DNA of 64,000 nt from an uncultured Bacteroidia bacterium (GTDB lineage: Bacteria; CAIWAD01; BS150m-G50). The notes below the pieces were generated by a model. The model did not search any database, was not told where the DNA came from, and worked only from the letters and a program-made list of their open reading frames with translations. Within the stretch, counting starts at the first letter, position 1, and each line of letters opens with the position of its first letter. The stretch spans positions 7,518 to 71,517 of the forward strand of contig CAZFEC010000001.1 in assembly GCA_964517435.1 (NCBI GenBank), read 5' to 3'. Positions 19,503 to 27,921 of this stretch are shown here, piece by piece. A program made the translations under genes and the position numbers.

Positions 19503-20277
19503 AGAGCGCCTCTTAGCCGGGTTGCTGGAGATCATGGATCGTCTGCGCGATCCCGGCGGTTGTCCCTGGGACCAGGAGCAGAACATTCACACTTTACGGG
19601 TTTATCTGCTGGAGGAGGTCTACGAGCTAGTAGACGCCATGGACGACGAGAACTGGCCGGTCCTGAAGGAGGAGCTGGGCGATCTGCTCTTCCACATCGT
19701 CTTTCAGACCCGCCTGGCCAAGGAGCTGGGACACTTCACCATGCGGGACGTGATACAAAACATATCGGAGAAGATCACCCGCCGCCACCCGCATGTCTTC
19801 AGCGAGGGTCGCAAACTGGATACTCCCGCCCAGGTTGAAAACCAGTGGGAGTCGCTCAAACTGCGCGAGGGAAAGCGTTCGGTGCTGGGCGGCGTGCCGC
19901 GCAGCCTTTCCGCGCTGGTGCGGGCGTATCGCGTGCAGGAAAAAGCCGCCAGCGTCGGCTTCGAGTGGGATGATGTCGAGGGTGCCGTCGACAAGCTGGA
20001 CGAGGAATACCACGAGTTCCGCGAACGCCTGGAAGAGGCTGACCGCAGCGGCATGCAGGAGGAGATGGGGGATTTCCTCTTCTCGCTGGTTAATGTATCA
20101 CGCTACCTCGGGTTGACACCGGAGGACGCGCTGCGCACGACGGTCAACAAGTTCATCACCCGCTTTCAATATATCGAAAGTAAACTGGCGGAGCGGAACC
20201 AGACCCCCGCCGACGCCTCCCTGTCGGAGATGGACGCGCTGTGGGAGGAAGCCAAGCGCGATCCGCATACCGGCTGA
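19495..20277 (+). CDS. mazG: Nucleoside triphosphate pyrophosphohydrolase MazG
   Basis: Tandem MazG domains (LLEEVYELVDAMD...ELGDLLF; second copy EEMGDFLFSLVNVSRYLGL). The ATG at 19495 overlaps the rlmB stop. Confidence 0.85.
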   Translation: MNEERLLAGLLEIMDRLRDPGGCPWDQEQNIHTLRVYLLEEVYELVDAMDDENWPVLKEELGDLLFHIVFQTRLAKELGHFTMRDVIQNISEKITRRHPHVFSEGRKLDTPAQVENQWESLKLREGKRSVLGGVPRSLSALVRAYRVQEKAASVGFEWDDVEGAVDKLDEEYHEFRERLEEADRSGMQEEMGDFLFSLVNVSRYLGLTPEDALRTTVNKFITRFQYIESKLAERNQTPADASLSEMDALWEEAKRDPHTG

Positions 20278-21041
20278 TGTCCGGCTACGGTTTCCCACCC
20301 GCCTGGCTGGCGGGAACTCCCCTGCAGTTGCCGTTGCGCTACTTCTCCCGCCAGGTGCCGCCCGGCCGCATCCTGTATCAAAGACAGAACAGCATCCTCT
20401 ATCATTACGCCAATCAGCTATTCGGTTGGGGTGAGCTGCCGCCGCCCCCATTGGTCAGCTGGCTGGAGCAGGGCGCGTCGCCGGGGCCGTTCTGGCTGCT
20501 GGCGCCGCCGGAGTGGCAGCCGGCCCTCGCCGCCTGGCTGGCGGGTTCGCGACTCACTCTCGCGGCGGGCGAACAGCAGTTGCTGGCCCTGCGGACTTCT
20601 CCGCCAGAACCGGTGCTGCTGCCCCCCGGCTTCCATTGCGCCCCACTGCGGGAGTATGACAACACGATCGGGGAACTGTATACGTTGTTCGAACGGGAGC
20701 TGCAGCTGCCCGCGAGCGGTTTGGAACCCCGGCAACAACTGGCGTCGGTCAACGAGCATGGCGAAGCCTGGGGTTTGTATCACGAGCGGGAGCTGGCCGG
20801 CAAACTGGATCTCCTCTACCCGGTTGACGACCAGGTCTGGGCCGGTGGCTTGTTTATTCGACCGCCATGGCGAGGCAACAAGCTGGGACGCCGTTTCCTC
20901 CTGCACCTGCTGCAGCAATCCCGCTTCCAGCGGCTCGAAATGCAGATCTCGCCGCAACTGTTGACTTACTACCAGGCGTTGGGATGCCAGCCGCTGTGTG
21001 AATTCATTTGGTACTATCTGAATCCAGTGAAAGTTGTCTGA
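20277..21041 (+). CDS. Hypothetical protein; the C-terminal ~90 aa resemble a GNAT acetyltransferase fold
   Basis: ORF start-coupled to mazG (TGATG). The C-terminus (VWAGGLFIRPPWRGNKLGRRFLLHLLQQSR...YYQALGC) has a GNAT-like beta-alpha pattern. The N-terminal 170 aa have no recognisable motif. Confidence 0.4.
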   Translation: MSGYGFPPAWLAGTPLQLPLRYFSRQVPPGRILYQRQNSILYHYANQLFGWGELPPPPLVSWLEQGASPGPFWLLAPPEWQPALAAWLAGSRLTLAAGEQQLLALRTSPPEPVLLPPGFHCAPLREYDNTIGELYTLFERELQLPASGLEPRQQLASVNEHGEAWGLYHERELAGKLDLLYPVDDQVWAGGLFIRPPWRGNKLGRRFLLHLLQQSRFQRLEMQISPQLLTYYQALGCQPLCEFIWYYLNPVKVV

Positions 21042-21186
21042 TGCGCCTGATTATTGCACAAACGCATATCATGTATTATCATACACTTAGAGACGCTGTT
21101 GTAGAATATTAACCAAAGTTATTTAGGAATAGAACCAGCTTCGCTTTAAGTGCCTGTTATGTAATCACTTTACAACGGACTAGTTC

Positions 21187-21202
21187 CGGCTTGATTCTTG
21201 CT
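21187..21202 (+). promoter_or_regulatory. Candidate sigma-54 (-24/-12) promoter element upstream of the LTD surface-protein gene
   Basis: cGGCttgattcTTGCt has GG and TTGC at the exact consensus spacing of TGGCAC-N5-TTGC(A/T). It sits inside a 257-bp AT-rich intergenic island, about 95 nt before the ATG at 21299. Confidence 0.3.
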
Positions 21203-21298
21203 GCTTAATTTTAAATGAGTGTTGAATTCCTGGTGGCTGACAATTTCAATCAAAAATAGAACTACATAACCACTTCACATTAACAAAATGGAGGAAGC

Positions 21299-24200
21299 AT
21301 GCGTAAACTCATCACCGGATTCATGATTCTGCTGACCGCCTCTTGGGCTATGGCGCTTAACCCGGGCGACCTGGTCGTCAACGAGATCATGCAGAATCCC
21401 GCCGCCGTCGCTGATTCGGATGGCGAGTGGTTTGAGGTTTACAACGCAACCGAACTAACCGTCAATCTGAATGGATTGGTTTTCACAGAAGATGCCTTCG
21501 GCAATATCTTCACAGTCGGAAGTGATGTTCTTATCGACGCCGGTGGCTATGCATTGCTGGCTCGGAATGCCGATCCGCTGGTAAATGGTGGTCTGCCTAC
21601 CGTCGACTATGTGTATCCCGGTGGTTATTATCTGGGTAACAGCTCTGACGAAGTTATCATCCTGGAGATCGTCGGTATCGATACCACTGTCATCGATGAA
21701 GTCTGGTACGACAACGGCGCCACCTTCCCCGATCCCAACGGCGCCAGCATGGCTTTGCTCAGCGTTGACCTGGACAACAACGTCGGTGCCAACTGGTACG
21801 AGGAATCGACCTTTACCTATGGTGACGGCGACTACGGTACTCCCGGCGCCGCCAACCAGCAGGAAGGTTTCCCGCTCATCACCGATGTTTCGCAGGTTCC
21901 CGGTGCTCCGGGCAGCAGCGATGATGTCGACATCACCGCGACCGTCACCGATCCGGCCACCCGAACGGTAGCCAACGTCGATCTCATCTATGATGTAGAT
22001 GGAGCGCCCGCTGTCATCGTCGACATGACTCCCGCTGGCGATATCTACAGCGGCACCATTCCGGCTCAGATTGCCGGCTCCGTCGTCACCTGGCGCATCG
22101 AAGCCACCGATGATGAGGATAACACCTCCTTCTTCGGACCGGTTGTCTACACCGTGGTGGATGTTCCGCTTTACAGCATCTACGATATCCAGTACTCAAC
22201 CGATCCCGATTACCCATCCCCCTATGAAGGGCAAATGGTACAGGTCACCGGTATCGTGACCGCCATCGGCCTCTCCGGCGACGGCAGCTTCTTCCTGCAG
22301 GATGACGAAGCCCCCTGGTGCGGTATCCAGATTTACGGCAACAACGACGGCGTCGCTATCGACGACTCGGTGACCGTCACAGGTATAGTCGAGGAGTATT
22401 ACACCCAGACCGAGCTGCACATCTACGGTTCGGATGTATTCACCATCCACTCCAGTGGCCACACTCCGGTGGAACCGCTGCTGGTTCCGGTCGGCACCGC
22501 TTACACTGAGCCTTACGAATCGGTACTGGTCCGGGTTGAGAATACCACCTGTGTCAGTCTGCCCGATGGCTACGGCGAGTGGGAAATCAGCGATGGCGTG
22601 GACACTGGTCTTGTCGATGACTGGTTCGTCAGCTTCACCCCGACTCTGGAACAGTGCTACGACATTCAGGGTCTGGTTTACTTCTACTATAACTACAAGA
22701 TCTGCCCACGCGACCTGAGCGAGATCACCATCTGCGGCGGCGGCAATCTGCCACCCACCATCACCGACGTCGCGCATGTACCGTTACTCCCGACCAGCGT
22801 CGATATCGTGACCGTCAGCGCGACGGTTACCGATGATGTCGGCGTCGCCAGTGTGGTGCTGAACTACAGTGTGGGCGGCGGCGGTTACGTACCAGTAGCC
22901 ATGACCCCCGGCATTGACGACCTCTACAGCGGTGACATACCGGCACAGGTTGACGGTTCGCATGTGGACTATTACCTCGTCGCCACCGACACGCCCGATG
23001 GGGATACAACTACCAGCGACATCGGATTCTATGATGTCATCGATGTCTACACCTGCGAAGACATCTCCAACATCCGTGTCGTTGACGTGGACGGCGTGCC
23101 GGTGATGGAAGGTCAAGCGGTGATGGTCTGCGGTGTGCTGACCGTCGCCCATGAATTCGGCTCCAGCGGCCCCGGCTATCTGGTTCATGAAACCGGTTCC
23201 GTAGCTTTCCACGGCGGCGTTTTCGGTGATGATACCAGTTTAATTATTGGCGACGAAGTCGAGGTTATCGGTATCGTCGGCGCTTATAACGGCCTGACCC
23301 AGATCCAGGATCCGCCGGTAGTCAACTTCATCGGCCATGTCGGTCCGCCCACTCCCACTGTCGTCACCCTGGCCACACTCGGTGCCGGCGGTGAAGCCTG
23401 GGAAGCGCAGCTGGTAACGGTAGAAGGTGTTACCCTGGTCGATCCGGAGAACTGGCCGGCTGAAGGGGATTACGCCACCGTGATCCTGCAACAGGGCGTC
23501 GATACTTATGACATGTACATTGACCGCGACACCAATATCGACGGTTCAATTGCGCCTACCGGCACCTTCAATGTAACCGGAGTCATCGGCCAGTACGACA
23601 CGACACTGCCTTGGACTGAAGGCTACAACATCTCTCCGCGTATGCTCGATGACGTCGGCGGCGGCGGCGAGCCTCCGGTCGTGACGATCTACGACATCCA
23701 GTACACCACAGATCCCTCCGGCGATTCACCGCTGGCCGGGCAGATGGTTACCACCAGCGGCATCGTCTACGCCGTCTCAGGCGCCGGTTTCTTCATCCAG
23801 GATGACGACGCCACCTGGTCCGGCATCCAGGTCTTCGGCGCCAACAACCAGATTGTGGTTGGTGATGAGGTCACGGTAACCGGCCAGGTTGTCGAGTACT
23901 ACAACTTCACCGAGCTGACCATCAGTGATTCCACCGCTTACACCATCCTGACGAGCGGCAATCCGCTCTATCCTGTAGCGCTGGGAACGATTCCGGCTAT
24001 CTATGTCGAGGACTACGAAGGTGTGTTCGTCGGTGTCCAGAATGTTACCTGCTCAAACATTGATCTGGGATACGGCGAATGGGAAATCACCGACGGTACC
24101 AACCTGGGTGTTGTCAACGACCTGATGTACGCCTATGTGCCAGTACTGGATGAGTGCTTCGACCTGGTACAGGGTGCTCTCACTTACGGTTTCGGTGCTT

Positions 24201-24454
24201 ACAAGATCGAACCGCGCGAGGCGGGTGATATCGTCAACTGTGCCACGCTGGATGCTCCGGTGGTCACCATCACCTATTCCGGCGGCAGTGCCATCCTCAC
24301 CTGGGATCCGGTCGACGGGGCCACCGACTACCGGGTACATGTCAGCACCGAGCCGTACGGCGGCTGGGATGCCGGCACTCTCACCGGCGGTCTGACCACC
24401 TACACCTACCCGTCAACAGGTATGTACTTCTTCCATGTTGTAGCGTTGAACTAG
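21299..24454 (+). CDS. Large secreted/surface protein with an N-terminal lamin-tail domain (LTD), three ExeM/NucH-N-terminal-like beta modules, two Ig-like modules and a C-terminal FN3-like domain
   Basis: Signal peptide MRKLITGFMILLTASWAMA; LTD signature LVVNEIMQNPAAVADSDGEWFEVYN. Internal repeats IYDIQY(S/T)TDP...GQMV...GIV...FF(L/I)QDD occur at ~22170-22640 and ~23680-24140, with a divergent third copy at ~23030-23640. The module pair (P(L/T)ITDV...TVTD...YSG(T/D)IPAQ(I/V)) is duplicated at ~21875-22130 and ~22750-23010. C-terminus is DYRVHVSTEPYGGW...FFHVVALN. No nuclease catalytic domain detected. Confidence 0.75.
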   Translation: MRKLITGFMILLTASWAMALNPGDLVVNEIMQNPAAVADSDGEWFEVYNATELTVNLNGLVFTEDAFGNIFTVGSDVLIDAGGYALLARNADPLVNGGLPTVDYVYPGGYYLGNSSDEVIILEIVGIDTTVIDEVWYDNGATFPDPNGASMALLSVDLDNNVGANWYEESTFTYGDGDYGTPGAANQQEGFPLITDVSQVPGAPGSSDDVDITATVTDPATRTVANVDLIYDVDGAPAVIVDMTPAGDIYSGTIPAQIAGSVVTWRIEATDDEDNTSFFGPVVYTVVDVPLYSIYDIQYSTDPDYPSPYEGQMVQVTGIVTAIGLSGDGSFFLQDDEAPWCGIQIYGNNDGVAIDDSVTVTGIVEEYYTQTELHIYGSDVFTIHSSGHTPVEPLLVPVGTAYTEPYESVLVRVENTTCVSLPDGYGEWEISDGVDTGLVDDWFVSFTPTLEQCYDIQGLVYFYYNYKICPRDLSEITICGGGNLPPTITDVAHVPLLPTSVDIVTVSATVTDDVGVASVVLNYSVGGGGYVPVAMTPGIDDLYSGDIPAQVDGSHVDYYLVATDTPDGDTTTSDIGFYDVIDVYTCEDISNIRVVDVDGVPVMEGQAVMVCGVLTVAHEFGSSGPGYLVHETGSVAFHGGVFGDDTSLIIGDEVEVIGIVGAYNGLTQIQDPPVVNFIGHVGPPTPTVVTLATLGAGGEAWEAQLVTVEGVTLVDPENWPAEGDYATVILQQGVDTYDMYIDRDTNIDGSIAPTGTFNVTGVIGQYDTTLPWTEGYNISPRMLDDVGGGGEPPVVTIYDIQYTTDPSGDSPLAGQMVTTSGIVYAVSGAGFFIQDDDATWSGIQVFGANNQIVVGDEVTVTGQVVEYYNFTELTISDSTAYTILTSGNPLYPVALGTIPAIYVEDYEGVFVGVQNVTCSNIDLGYGEWEITDGTNLGVVNDLMYAYVPVLDECFDLVQGALTYGFGAYKIEPREAGDIVNCATLDAPVVTITYSGGSAILTWDPVDGATDYRVHVSTEPYGGWDAGTLTGGLTTYTYPSTGMYFFHVVALN

Positions 24455-24477
24455 TTTCAGACTGCGACATTAACGAT

Positions 24478-24513
24478 AAAGGGCGGTCCCCCTTGCGGGA
24501 TCGCCCTTTTCTT
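24478..24513 (+). terminator. Rho-independent terminator after the LTD gene
   Basis: AAAGGGCGgtcccccttgcgggatCGCCCTTTTCTT: a GC-rich hairpin followed by a T-run, 24 nt after the stop codon. Confidence 0.5.
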
Positions 24514-24682
24514 ACGCCGGGTGCAATTACCGCGGATACAGTGGACGGATTAGTATGAATATTGCAAAAACCTCAATTCAACGAGACCTGATTCATCATT
24601 ATATTATTATATGACAAATTCTTTTCACTTTAAGCACTTCACTTTTATCAGATAGGGCTACTCCAGGATCGGAAGTGTTCAG

Positions 24683-26776
24683 TTGCTGCCCATTCGCTTC
24701 ACACGGATCCTTACCACGCTTTACTCGCTGCTACTGGCGTCGATGTTGTTCCTGCCGGAACTGTCGACGGCATTTGACGCCCACCGTGAGGGAGAGATGG
24801 TTCTTGAATACCGTTACCGTTTCAACTGCCAGAACCACGTCCCTGACCATCTGCTCGGCGTGATCGCGGTCAGCGGCAACCGGCTGGTGATCAGCGGGAA
24901 TCAGGGTTTAGCTTTGGTGGATCACTCCCTGCTGACCCCGGCCGGAACCGACATCGCCCTCTCCCGGCTCCTGGGTCTGAACGCCCGCGAGGTCTACCTC
25001 TACCAGCAGAACTATCTATTCGTCAATCTCAACGGCACCGGTGTGAATCCCGAAGCCGGTTTCGCTGTGGTCAGGATCGATGGGGACAACCTGACTCCGG
25101 TGACCATCGTCAGCTCCACCGCGGTGTTTTTCGAGAAGATGGCAATCGCGGGTAACTACTTGTACGTGGCCGCGCACAGCGGTGGTTTCCATGTCTATAG
25201 TATCTCCAATCCCGAAGCACCCTACTTTCGCGCTTCGATCCCGACCGGTTTTGTGAACGCCTATGCGGTCGCGGTCGCGGGTGATACCGCCTATGTCGCT
25301 GACGGCGGCGGCGGCTTGAAAGTAGTCGATATCTCGAATCCGCTATCGCCGCTTTTGGTTGGCGGCGAAACACTGGCTACAGCTGTCGGAACAGCGGAGG
25401 ATGTCACCTGTCGGAACGGGAAGGTCTTCCTGGCGGCGGGGGCGTCCGGTGTGGCGGTTTTCGACGGCGCCGATCTGGCCAGCCGGAGGCTGATCGAAGT
25501 CGGCGGTGCGGCGCGCTCTTTCAGCTGGGTGGGAGATCACCTGGCGGTCTCCACCATTCACGGTATCGCCATTCTGGGCGAGGTCGGTGGTGAGTATCAG
25601 CTGGTGGCGAGTGAGATCACCGGACGGCGTGGTCATAATGCCCGTCTGCGTCTGTGCGGCGCCATCGGCACTGCGGGTGACAGCCTGGTGCTCTGCGCCG
25701 ACTGGAACTGCATGGACGTCTATGAACTGATGGAGTTCAACACCGGCAGTCAACCCGACATCAGTTGCGACCGGCAGCGGATTCGTTTTCATCCTGATGG
25801 CGAATCAGTCACGGCCACCGTCTGGAACAATGGCGCCGGGGATCTTCACATCACCGCCGTCAATGTCAATCCACCTTCCTTCAGCAGCGATTTCACGCCG
25901 GTCACATTGCAGCCGGGTGAGAGTCTGGGATTTCAGATCAGTTATAACGGTTCCGCCCAGCAGGACAGCGGTCTGGTACGGATCATGTCCGACGATCCGG
26001 ACGAAAGTCCGTTTCCGATCCAGATCTTCGGCGAGACAGGATACCTGAATCCAGGGGACCAGGCACTCGACTTCACACTGCCGCTCTATACCCGTGATCA
26101 CGGGACCGGGACCTACAGCTGGGAGCCGTTCACCCTTTCAGAGCAGCTGGGAAAAGTGATCTGGTTCCAGGCCTACGGGAGCTGGTGACCTGCCTGCACA
26201 CCCGCGGTCGCGGATATGCAGAACAGCATTGTCAAGGAATTCACAGGCAACCCGCAGGTGCGGCTGGCACTTTTGAATCCAGGTGACAGCCATAGCGAGA
26301 CCCTGGCCTGGACGCAGCACTTCTGGGACAATAACTATTTACGGGGGAGTTTTCTCTACGACAACGACGGCAGCGTTGACTCGTTGTACGAGCAACCCGC
26401 CACCGGCCTGCCTTTCGGGCGCGGTTTCATCATCGACCAGCAGGGTAATGTCGATCTGCCGTTTTTCGGTCACAACCCGCAGATGGTGATCGCGCGGATC
26501 TATGAACTGTTGGAGGACTCACCTCCGACCGCTCCGCAAAACCTCGCCGCGTTTGTAACCGGCGCGGACCTGGAGCTGATGTGGAGCCCGGTCACCGCCG
26601 ATGTCTGGGGTAATCCGATGACGGTCAACCATTACCGCGTGTATCGCGGCCAGGAGCCGTATTTCACTTGTGATGGTGAGCACCTGCTGGGGGAGACCGC
26701 TGACTGCTTTTATACAGTCGCTGGAGCGATGAGTCAGCCCGGTGGCTTCTTCAAGGTAACCGCAGGTTACCCGTAA
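24683..26776 (+). CDS. Candidate selenoprotein: secreted LVIVD-repeat beta-propeller fused to a TlpA/redoxin-like thiol:disulfide oxidoreductase domain (U-x-x-C) and an FN3-like domain; in-frame TGA (Sec?) at 26186..26188
   Basis: Track ORFs 24683..26188 and 26216..26776 share one frame, separated only by the TGA. The redoxin fold spans the TGA: ...GDQALDFTLPLY...LGKVIWFQAYGSW-[TGA]-PACTPAV...GLPFGRGFIIDQQGNV. The TGA therefore replaces the first Cys of W-C-x-x-C. The N-terminus has a signal-peptide-like helix and LVIVD-like propeller repeats (YVAAHSGGFHVYSISNPEAP, AYVADGGGGLKVVDISNPLSP). Confidence 0.55.
26194..26221 (+). promoter_or_regulatory. SECIS-like mRNA hairpin immediately downstream of the in-frame UGA
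   Basis: CUGCA-ca-CCGC-GGUC-GCGG-aua-UGCAG: a 5-bp lower stem, an internal loop, a 4-bp upper stem and a GGUC apical loop. The upper helix starts 13 nt 3' of the UGA, comparable to the ~11-nt spacing and G/U-containing apical loop of the E. coli fdhF bacterial SECIS. Confidence 0.4.
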
Positions 26777-26830
26777 TCGCAGGTTACCCGTAATCGCAGG
26801 TTACCCGTAATCGCAGGTTACCCGTAATCG
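26761..26830 (+). repeat. Tandem 17-bp direct repeat (cgcaggttacccgtaat, 4 copies) spanning the stop codon, followed by a hairpin
   Basis: Four perfect head-to-tail copies starting at 26761, 26778, 26795 and 26812. The unit is not a multiple of 3 and carries TAA in shifting frames. Each copy has the palindrome-related GGTTACC, and the preceding GGTAACC can pair with it. A hairpin AGTCTCAgcgctgagTGAGACT follows at ~26833..26854. Confidence 0.8.
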
Positions 26831-26894
26831 CCAGTCTCAGCGCTGAGTGAGACTACCGCGTTCGTATGTGTCGGATCCTGATTCAACCTCGGGA

Positions 26895-27916
26895 TCAGGT
26901 AATCCCGAGGTACTTCCGCAGGCTTTCTATCTGGACGTCGGTGCCCAGTACTACCATCTGATCGCCCGTTTCGAGCAGCGTCCTCGCGTTAGCCACCTCC
27001 AGCTGGTCCGCCGCCTGCTTGCGACCGACATGATGAGGATCCCGTCGGTACGCTTGCGGATGTCGGTGTCATGCAGCTGCTTGTCGACGCAGGGGGCGTC
27101 GGGCGGTATTTCAACTTGCACCATGCGGTAGTCGGTCTCGCCGCGGGTGACGAAGGTGTCCAGGAAGTCGGCGACGGCCGGCTGCAGCATCATGGCCGCC
27201 ATGCGGCGCCCGCCGATCAGCGATGGCGAGATCACCTTGTCGGCGCCGGCCTGCTGCAGCTTCTTGTCGGCATGCGGTTCGATTCCCTTGGTGATGATAT
27301 TGAGAGTGGGATTCATTTCACGCGCGGTCAGCACTACGTAGAGGTTGGCCGCATCGCTGTCGAGAGTCGTCAGCAATCCCTGCGCGTGTTCTATGCCGCT
27401 GCGCCACAGGGTCTCCTCATGGGTGACGTCCGCTTCGATCACCAGCAGATCGCCGGCGCGAGCCTCCTCGCACCGTGCCGCGTTCTTCTCGATGATGACG
27501 ATATCGAGGTTGGCACTGGTGAAGGAGCGAGCCAGTTCGGCGCCGACATGGCCGTATCCGCAGATGATATAGTGTTCCCGCAGTTTGCTGATCAGAGTGT
27601 CCATTTTTCTGCCTCGCAAGAAATCCTGAATAACACCGGAGGTGATGGCGGCGGTCAGGGTGGAAAGGATGAACCCCGCCAGACCGACACCGGCCAGAAC
27701 ATAGAAAATCGTGAAATACTGACCCGCGACGCTGAGTTCGTGAACTTCGCCGAAACCGACGGTGGTCAGAGCGATAACCGACATGTAGAACGCATCGAGC
27801 GGACTCTACCCCTCCAGCAGCATGTAGCCGCTGGCGCCGATTCCGATCAGCACCAGCAGCATCGCGGGCAGCGCCAGTAGGCGCGGGCGGGAAATCGAAT
27901 GCGTTTTAAGTATCAT
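26895..27916 (-). pseudogene. RCK/TrkA-domain potassium channel gene, apparently inactivated (in-frame TAG at a conserved Trp plus a probable 3' frameshift)
   Basis: Minus-strand translation from ATG 27916 gives MILKTHSISRPRLLALPAMLLVLIGIGASGYMLLEG-[TAG at 27808..27806]-SPLDAFYMSVIALTTVGFGE (selectivity filter), then a TrkA-N Rossmann motif (IICGYGHVG). K+ channels have EGW-S..DA.Y at this point, so TGG to TAG is inferred. The track ORF 26951..27784 ends in non-protein-like sequence (ASRRRTSWRWLTRGRCSKRAIRW). A +1 frame continues with a typical TrkA-C ending (ANARTLLETGDQMVVLGTDVQIESLRKYLGIT) to a TGA at 26897..26895. Confidence 0.5.
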
Positions 27917-27921
27917 GTCGC

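Noticed and set aside
26755-26830. Possible CRISPR array
   Set aside because: The repeats are only 17 bp, are directly abutting with no spacers, and no cas genes are nearby. This is a simple tandem repeat.
27785-27920. Separate small ORF (MILKTHSISRPRLLALPAMLLVLIGIGASGYMLLEG) upstream of the channel ORF
   Set aside because: It is in the same frame as the channel ORF and separated from it only by the TAG. Together they reconstitute the conserved TM1-pore-helix-filter region of one K+ channel, so it is the 5' part of the same disrupted gene, not an independent gene.
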